DNA of 43,654 nt, counting the filler, from Jimgerdemannia flammicorona (lineage: Eukaryota): NCBI GenBank assembly GCA_003990765.1. It is 2 parts of 2 records of this genome, joined end to end, with 100 filler letters (N's around TTAATTAATTAA, not from the genome) between each part and the next. Parts side by side here need not be neighbours in the genome. Positions count along the whole stretch, not along the records: positions 21,879 to 43,654 come from RBNJ01001397.1; 1 more part is not named here. The stretch is one strand, 5' to 3'. A program made the translations under genes and the position numbers. Positions 36,003 to 43,654 of this stretch are shown one piece after another. Position 1 is the first letter of the stretch. Every line of letters starts with the position of its first letter. The notes under the pieces were generated by a model. That model did no database searches. It was not told the origin of the DNA and saw only the letters and a list, made by a program, of their open reading frames with translations.

Positions 36003-36262
36003 TGTGGATGGGTTGCATGCAGACGGGTTGTGTGTGGGCGGGTTGCGTGTAGGTGGGTTGCATGCAGGCAGGTTGCATGCGAGCAGGTTACGGGCAGATT
36101 GCATGTGGGTGGGTTGCATGTGGGTAAGTTGCATGCGGGTGGGTTACATACGGGCAGGTTGCATGTGGGTGGGTTGCATGCAGGTGGGTTGCATGTAGGC
36201 AGGTTGCATGTGGGCGGGTTGCGTGCAGGAGGGTTGCATATGGGCAGGTTGTATGTGGGTGT
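36003..36262. repeat. 15-bp minisatellite (gggtgggttgcatgc-type), ~17 units
   Basis: Directly visible. Only ~5 units at the equivalent site in copy 1 (~13368-13440). Confidence 0.85.
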
Positions 36263-37331
36263 GGGTGTTTTTTAGGGGGAGACTACATAAAAATGAAATT
36301 AAATAAAACATGGAGATGGGTATTTCAGAAAAAGAGCATGAGTGAGTGAGTGAGTAAGCTACATGCTGATGAGTTGCACACCAACAAGTTGTATACCGAC
36401 AAGTTGCACGAGTTGCACAAGATTGCTCACAAAGGCTTACTTCTGTTCCTTTTGAGACCTCTGCCATGCGATGCATTGACTCAACAGCTCAGCCACCAAA
36501 GGTATGCTCCGCAACATCTGCCAGCCTTTCTTCATTTTGACCAGATGTTGCAAATAAAGTCAGCAGATCTCACCGTAGAGCTGTGGACCCTAAGAAAAGC
36601 ATGAGGTGAATTTGGTCATGCTGGAGAAGTTTAAATAAACACAAGTAAACAAGTGGTGGCCAAGTGAACAATCTACATCTACTATCAGCTACTCCAAAAA
36701 GGCTACCACATATATAGCTGTAAGGTCTGTGAATTCCAAGGTCTGAAGGGCCACCATGAGTTGTTGCTGGAATTCTCCCTCATCCCTGCCATCACTATTG
36801 CATCACCACTACCACCGCCATTGCCCCTTTGGCTCTCGATGAGCAGCTTGTGTGCTGTCCATATGAGAAAGAATCTAACATTGTCAGCAGAGAGTGCATT
36901 TCCACCTCGAATACTCCCTCTTTTGACGATCATTGCAGGGTAAAAAATGAGTAGACTGGACTAATGTATAAATTAAGGGCTGCTGTTTTGTTTGCTTGTG
37001 ATGTGGCAGGAAAGAACAAAGAAAAAGAACAAAGAAAAGAACAAAAGAAGAGAGGGAGTAAAAGGAAAGAGTGATGTCACCAAAGTGCAGTAGGAAAAAA
37101 AAAAACAAGAGTGAAATGAACAAAAGAAAGGGTGATGTCACCAAAGATTTCAATCCAGATGGATCAATCTGGATGGACCAATCCAGATGGACCAATCCAG
37201 ATGGATCAATCCAGATCAATCTGGATCAATCCGGATCAGATCACGAGACCAATCCGAGTTGATTTGAATCCATCACATGACGAATCTGAATCAAATCTCA
37301 TCTAGATCAACTCCATCCATTTGGAGTACTA

Positions 37332-40300
37332 TATGTATTATTGCTAGTAGTTCTTTCTTATAAGTAGCTAGCTTTTGTTCAGCTGGGGCCAGCTTGCAGG
37401 ACTTGAAAGCAATAGAGCAATATTCTTTACTATAATCTTATAACAGGACTGCTCCAATGACAAAATTTGATATATTAATAGTGACCATGAATTTTAGGCC
37501 TTGATCTACATTATGCAGAACTGGAGTATAGGTTAGGTAGTTCTTAAGTTCTTGAAAGACTTGTTGACAGAAAAGATATCAAATATAGGGTATATAGTGG
37601 TCTGAGTGTGGGACCTTCCTCATGAGATTAGTCAGTAGCTCAGCAATGCCAGAGAAGTTTCTGACAAAGTGGCAGTAATAGCCAGCTAGATCAAGGAAGG
37701 ATCAGAGTTCTGTGAGGTTTGACAGAATGGACCATTCTTCAATTACTTCTATCTTATGTAGGTCTACTTAAATTCCTTATGCAGAGACAATGTGGTCAAG
37801 GTATTTGACTTGTTCCTTAAAGAATTTACACTTCTTAAACTTAGCATAAAGCTTGTGTTTTCACAGAATCTCTAGGACTATTTGAATATATTTGAGGTAT
37901 TCTTTTTTAGTTGTACTAAAGATCAGGATGTCATCAAGATATACCAACAGGAAAATAAATAGTTGGTCCTTGAATATCTTGTCCATCAGAGTCTGGAATA
38001 TAGTGGGTATATTGGTGAGATCAAATACTAAGACCAGGAATTTGTAGAGTCCAAAGGGGGTTATTAATGCAGTCTTGGAAATGTCTTCTGGCTTGATTTG
38101 AATCTGGTGGTATCCTGACATGAGATCTAACTTGGTGAAGTACTTGGTATTCTTGAGAGCATCAAAGATTTGATTGATTAAGAGTAATGGATAGCAGTTC
38201 TTGATAGTGAGTTTGTTGAGTGTATGATAGTCTATACACATTTGCAGGGTACTATTCTTCTTCTTAATGAATAAGACTAGTGAGCTATAAGGAGATTTGC
38301 TTGGCTGGATGGCTCCTCATGCAAGTAGTTCTTCTAGTTCCTTCTTGACTGCTTCAATTTCAAGTAGTGACATACAGTACATATGTTTCTTGGGTGGTAC
38401 AGCTCCTGGGGTCAGTTCAATTTCATGATCAACTTCTTATGTAGGTGGTAGGCCAGGTAGCTTGTCTGGAAAGACATCCTTGAATTCCTCTAGCAATAGC
38501 TTAATGCTTTCATTAACTGATAGTCTCTTGTCTTGTTTCCTGGGGCAGATCATTACAATAAAGATATATATTGTCTTCTTGAGTACTTTCTTATACTGTA
38601 TAGCTGACAGTATTGCAATCTGGGTCTTGCTTGTGGTCTTGTCTGTCTTGATCATAATATTGGCTTTATCTTGAAGTAAGTTGACTTCATTCTTGCACCA
38701 ATCAATGTCTGGGTTGTGTTTTGTAAGCCAGGGTTTTCCTAAGATCAGATTATGATCTCCTAGTGATGCAATCTCGAAGTCTACTTGTTCTCAATATTTC
38801 TGGATCTTAATGGGTAGTTTGGTGGCAATTGACTCAATAGAGTGCAGAGTACCATCTGCAATAACTATACTATTATTCTTGGGTGCAGGCTTGGTGAGAA
38901 TCTTGAGATTTTCAATGAGATTCTGATTGATGAAGTTCCCTGCAGCTCCACTGTCTATGAGTACTTGAACTTATTTTCCTTTGACTAGGCCTTTGAAAAT
39001 AAGCATAGCTTGAGCTTGATTTTTACTAAGACTTGCTGCTTGATTAGTGCTACCAAAATCCTTTTGATCTTATTTAGTTTCAGAGAGTTCTTGGACTTCT
39101 GTAATCTTGAGTTGACTGGCTTTTTCCAGGATCATTTGTGTGACTCAGTCTCCTTCTTTAACTGTGTAGTCTTGATCCTTCTGGTTGACAAGCAGGACTT
39201 GAACTTGTTCTCAAAAGTCTGGGTCAATGATATCAGCATCTACATCTAAATAATGTTTGACACTGAGTTCTAATTGCAGTGCAATTCTAGCATAATGTCC
39301 TTCAGGACATTGGACTGCAATTCTAGTAGGCACCAGAGTATGGCCCTTGGCTAGAATAGTGACTTATTTGACTGAGTGTAGGTCAAGATCAATGGCTCCT
39401 TCTATTTAATATTGAGGGACCTGGGTCTTCAGATAAAGCTTCTTGATCTTGAGCTCAAGTTGACTGATAGTGGAATTGACAGGTGTATTCTTGGACAACA
39501 TGGTGACTGGTCTTGAGGGTTTGCTAGTCTTCCTAGGACATTTGGTTGCAATATATCCTATTTGGTGATAGAAGAAATAAGCCCGGATTTCTTCAGGTGG
39601 TTCTTTTCTTCAGAGGTGAGCTTGGTGTTCTTTTTGTTCATAGTGTCTAAGTCCATTGATACCAGGCCAACTGTTCTTGGTTGGTTTCTATAGCAGTTCT
39701 CAAAGTAGTTCTTTTTGTAGTATTCTGGTTTGAAGCGGTTACCAAAGGTGATGATATCAAATCTATCAGCAATTCTCATGACTTCATTAAGAGTTTTGGA
39801 CTCTTCTAGCTCAACCTTGACTTGTGTATTTCCCTTTAGACCTTGGACATAGCAGTCTATCTTTTCATCCTCAGATACTGCTGGTAGCTCAAGTAGGATT
39901 GATAAGAATTGTGCATTATAGCTTTGCACAGACTTTAGTTACTTGACATTTACTAGCTTATCTCTGGCTAGCTTTGTGGCATTAGCAGGCTTGAACTGCT
40001 TGTGAAGAGCTCTCTTGAAAGCTTCCCAATCTCTGATTTGTACATATAAGTATACAGATGTAACCATAATATATTTGCACTACCAGATAGCTATATTTCC
40101 TCAGAGAAGTATAGCAGCAAATTGGACTTACATATCATCTTTCATTCTTGTGAGCTCAAAGTATTAATCCAATTGGAAGGTCTATACATCTGTAGATAGT
40201 TCTCCTCAATAGCCATTGAAGATATCTGACTTGAGTGGCTTGAAACTGACTAGTGCTATAGTAGAATATGATATATCCATAGTTTGTGTTTTCTGCTATT

Positions 40301-40974
40301 CTAGTTGTACTTGAAGTTCTTGAATTTGGTGGGCCATAGCATTGATCATATCTTCTATATTGAGCTACAATCCTCCTGCTTCTTCTGTAGTAGAGGGGTC
40401 TGACTGGTAGACTGTCTCTTCATGGCTCATTTCAGATTCATGTGACTAGTTGTGATTGGTTTCCAAATTTGTATGAGGTTTCTTAATAAGGTAAAGTATA
40501 ATGACACTACTGCTATCAAGTATAACAGTTCTAGTTTCTTTAAGAGAAAGTGGCTAAATCTAGAAGTTCTAGTTAGCCTAAAGTAGCTTGAAGAGATACT
40601 TAAAAGTTCAAGTATTCTTGAAGGATTTCTGGGAGAAAATATTCTGAGCTTTATTCAGGTAGAGAACAAGGATATTTATATATAATCTGAAAGAAAGATC
40701 CAGAAGAATCTTGGAAAGAAAGAGAAATTTCAAGAAATAGATTCTTGGCAAAACTGACTAATACTATTCTACAATGTTCCAAAAGGTTCCATGACTAGCT
40801 GAGATAAGATACTCGGTACCAAGGAAAGATAAGAATATTCTAGTAGTATCTAGGTACCAAGAGAAGGTTTCTAAGTAAGTAAAAGGTACTGGAACATAGT
40901 AGAATATTCAAGAAATGATGACTAAAAGATGCAAAAAATGTACTAAAACTAAATATAACTATGAAATTGTTACA
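37332..40974 (-). mobile_element. Ty3/Gypsy family C, 5' LTR + PBS + gag + PR + RT + part of RNase H, truncated by hAT copy 2
   Basis: Gag 39558-39929 with a knuckle remnant; protease VLIDSGAAGNFI; RT MCIDYHTLNKLT...LDLMSGYHQI...VYLDDILIFS; RNase H KKELLAIIH at the junction. Confidence 0.88.
40521..40974 (-). repeat. Family C 5' LTR (~454 bp), followed by a mutated PBS (tgatagcagtag, ~40507-40518)
   Basis: tataac (mutated tgtaac)...gttaca termini. The PBS resembles that of family A. TATAAATA on the minus strand at ~40674-40681. Confidence 0.72.
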
Positions 40975-43568
40975 GTCTTAGTTTAATTTGAGTATATGTT
41001 AAGTGGTAGCAGTTATCTATTATTTAGCTTAAAAGTAAGAGATTTATCTTAAATTACTAGCCAATAGCTACTAAGTTATAATATAGTAGATATATACTAA
41101 TAAAAGTATAGTAGATTTCTTTATCTTGAATACTTAATCTTCTTTGACTTCTCAGAGTCCTCAGATATTAAGGTGGGTAAGTTTAAAGTATATCTGTCTA
41201 TAGACTTACTAGTTTTTTATCTCTTTGCTTAAACTATTTTAATCTGAGATTTATTTATTCTAAATATTAAAAATATTTATATAAGTTTGCTAGCTATATA
41301 GTAGCTAAGTTGGATTCTTTTTCTGTAAGTTATTTTATATAGTTGAGAGATCTATATATCTATCTTATAATATTTATTATATGTAAATCTGCAAATCTGC
41401 CAAATCTGTCTCATTATACTGAACTGTACCTAATTAGAAAATTGCTAAAATCATCTACATTATATAAAGAAAACTTTTATCTATAAACATTTTAGCTACT
41501 GGAAATTCTAACAGAAATTCTGATAGAAATTCTAATAGAAATTTTAAATAGTAGTTATAGATACTCTATATAGTATAACTATATATAAATATGTCTAATA
41601 TACTATATTTAGTTATAATCTCAAATATATCTCTTTGACTATAGATAAGATCATCTTTTAAATTCATTTAGTAGATAGATTAAGATTTAAAAAAAATGAT
41701 TTTTTAAAATATTATTTTTCTATTAAAAATATATCTCAATTTATTTAAAAAAAAAAAAAAAAAATTTTTTATATAATTTTTACCAAAGGTAAAATTATTA
41801 TATAAAAAATTATTAATAAATTTTTTTTTAAAATCTATTATGATTTTAAAAGTTATAAACTTTTAAAATCTTATCTCTAAATATAGGTGCAAAATAGTTA
41901 AAAGGATATAAATATCCTCTATATTGAGTATATTGTAACCTCAGTTTGAAAGTAGAAGAAAGCAATAGTTAAGTATTATATACTTATGAGAAATATCTGC
42001 TGAGAACTACTTAATCTATGAAAAATTGCAATACTTAAAAAGAATATCTACTAAGAGCTACTATTAGAAGTTATGAGCTTATTTTCTTTTTACTCTGATC
42101 TACTTTCTGTTAAAAGAAGAAGAGAGTTAGAAAGCTAAAAAAAAAGTAAAAGTCAATTGCTTGATATACTTAGGAAAAATATCTATTAAGAGTTACCATT
42201 AGAAATTATAAGCTTTATTCTCTTTCTACTTTGGTCTACTTATTAGATTAAGTTAGTAATCTGTCTGCTTTCTAGATAATATCAGAAGAACTCAAAAATC
42301 TACTTTTCAGATAAGCTAGAAGAACTCAAAAATCTGCTTTTCAGATAATATTAAAAGAACTCAAAAATTCACTCTTTAGATAAATCTATACTATTCAAGA
42401 AGAAAAGAATATAACAATTTGTTATATATTATTCAAATTTATATTTACTATTTGAGAAATATATATTATTTACTATTCAAGAAATCTACATTATTTACTA
42501 TTTAAGAAATCTACATTATCTACTATTTGAGAAATTTACCAAATTTACTATATTATACGGAATTTATATTATTTAAAAAATCTATTAAATCTGTCAAATC
42601 TGAGATATTATACTGAGTCTACCAAATTTGGAAATTACTAAAATTATCTATATTATAAATAAGAGAACTATACTTATTTTTTTTTTAAAAAAATATTTTA
42701 TTATTTTTTGTAAAAGAAAGAAAGAATATAATAGTTTATTATATATAAATCTGCAAATCTATAAAATCTATCTCATTATACTAAACTATATCTAATTAAG
42801 AAATTACAAAATTATCTATATTATATGAAAAAAAACTTATATTTATAAACATTTTAACCACTGGAAATTCCAATAGAAATTCTGATAGAAATTTTAATAG
42901 AAATTCTAATAGAAATTTCAACTAATAGTTATAGATATCTATAGTATAACTATATATATATATCCAGAATATCATATTTAGCTATAGTCTTAAACATATA
43001 TAAATATACTCTATACTGAGTATATTATAACCTCAGTCTGAAAGCTAAAAAAAAACTTAAAGCTCTATTTTTTCTAAATATGTATCTCTGATTATTAGTT
43101 TTAATTTAAATTAACTATTATAATAAATAAATTTTAAATTTAATAGTTTAGTAAAATATAAGTATTATCTATATTATAATAGATATTTATTCAGTATTTA
43201 TTTTTTATTTTATATATTTTAATTATTTTTTATTAATATATTACTTAACATTTATCTAAGTATTAAGTAAATATATTTATTTAATATATATTTATATTTA
43301 TATACTTTAATAATATATTTAGTTTTAAATGATTTTATTTTATATATTTACTGATAAATTAGTAACTATTTATTTTTATTTGAACTTAAAAAAACCAGAT
43401 ATTTATCTTTTTTATTTTATTTTATTTTATTTTATTTTTTATTTTTATTTATATATTTTATTTTATTTTATTTTATTTATTATTATTTTTTTTTATTATT
43501 ATTTTTTTTATTTTTTTTTATAAACCAGATATATATCTGAAAGATATACATATATCAAGAATATTAAA
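40975..43568. repeat. Very AT-rich relic DNA with internal direct duplications (e.g. ~41370-41625 vs ~42733-42995)
   Basis: Repeated block aaatctgcaaatct...ggaaattc(t/c)aa...gaaattctgatagaaatt. Short tandem units at ~42285-42380 and ~42445-42550. No recognisable coding motif. Confidence 0.6.
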
Positions 43569-43654
43569 TAGGGCAAAGCGGCAAGTGGCGGCAAGTGGCA
43601 AAATGGCAAGCGGCAAGCGGCAAGCGGCAAGCGGCAAGTGGCAAGCGGCAAGCG
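43569..43654 (+). repeat. GGCAAGC heptamer tandem array, running off the window
   Basis: At least 10 ggcaagc/ggcaagt units with an abrupt boundary after AT-rich DNA. Begins tagggc. Confidence 0.8.

Larger units (their letters stand above)
30876..37331 (+). mobile_element. hAT DNA transposon copy 2 (~6.45 kb), inverted relative to copy 1; no matching TSD
   Basis: Ends tagtgctctgaa and ttggagtacta. Collinear reverse complement of 12307-18837. Flanks gttacagg and tatgtatt differ. Confidence 0.9.

Noticed and set aside
12307..37331. The two inverted hAT copies as one composite macro-transposon
   Set aside because: Copy 1 has its own TSD, the outer flanks do not match, and an assembly gap lies between the copies.
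43329..43523. Hydrophobic F/Y/I-rich ORF
   Set aside because: Low-complexity T-rich sequence.
43572..43654. Telomeric repeat
   Set aside because: GGCAAGC does not resemble TTAGGG-type repeats, and there is no evidence of a chromosome end.

Overview
The window is a eukaryotic, most likely fungal, transposon-dense region with no intact host gene. It contains nested, heavily C-to-T mutated Ty3/Gypsy LTR retrotransposons of three families. Family A has ~2.05 kb LTRs, gag, dUTPase, PR-RT-RH-IN-chromodomain and extra ORFs. Family B has ~1.5 kb LTRs, and family C has a ~450 bp LTR with gag-pol. There are also two inverted ~6.5 kb copies of a hAT DNA transposon (12307-18837 with an 8-bp TSD; 30876-37331), an artificial 100-bp scaffold gap and an AT-rich relic tail. 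The main observation is that both hAT copies carry a second, intron-containing gene convergent to the intron-rich transposase. Its reconstructed protein has 2OG-Fe(II) dioxygenase motifs resembling fungal TET/JBP enzymes (HxD...GG...YG...F.P...HGT...RL..AW). This suggests a hAT transposon carrying a candidate methylcytosine oxidase in a genome with strong CpG decay. Other points of interest are long ORFs inside the U3 of two LTR families, an in-frame swapped U3 cassette, a retrotransposon dUTPase, and a minimal poly(A) TPRT-type insertion at the transposase start. All protein calls come from manual translation and motif recognition; no database searches were run.
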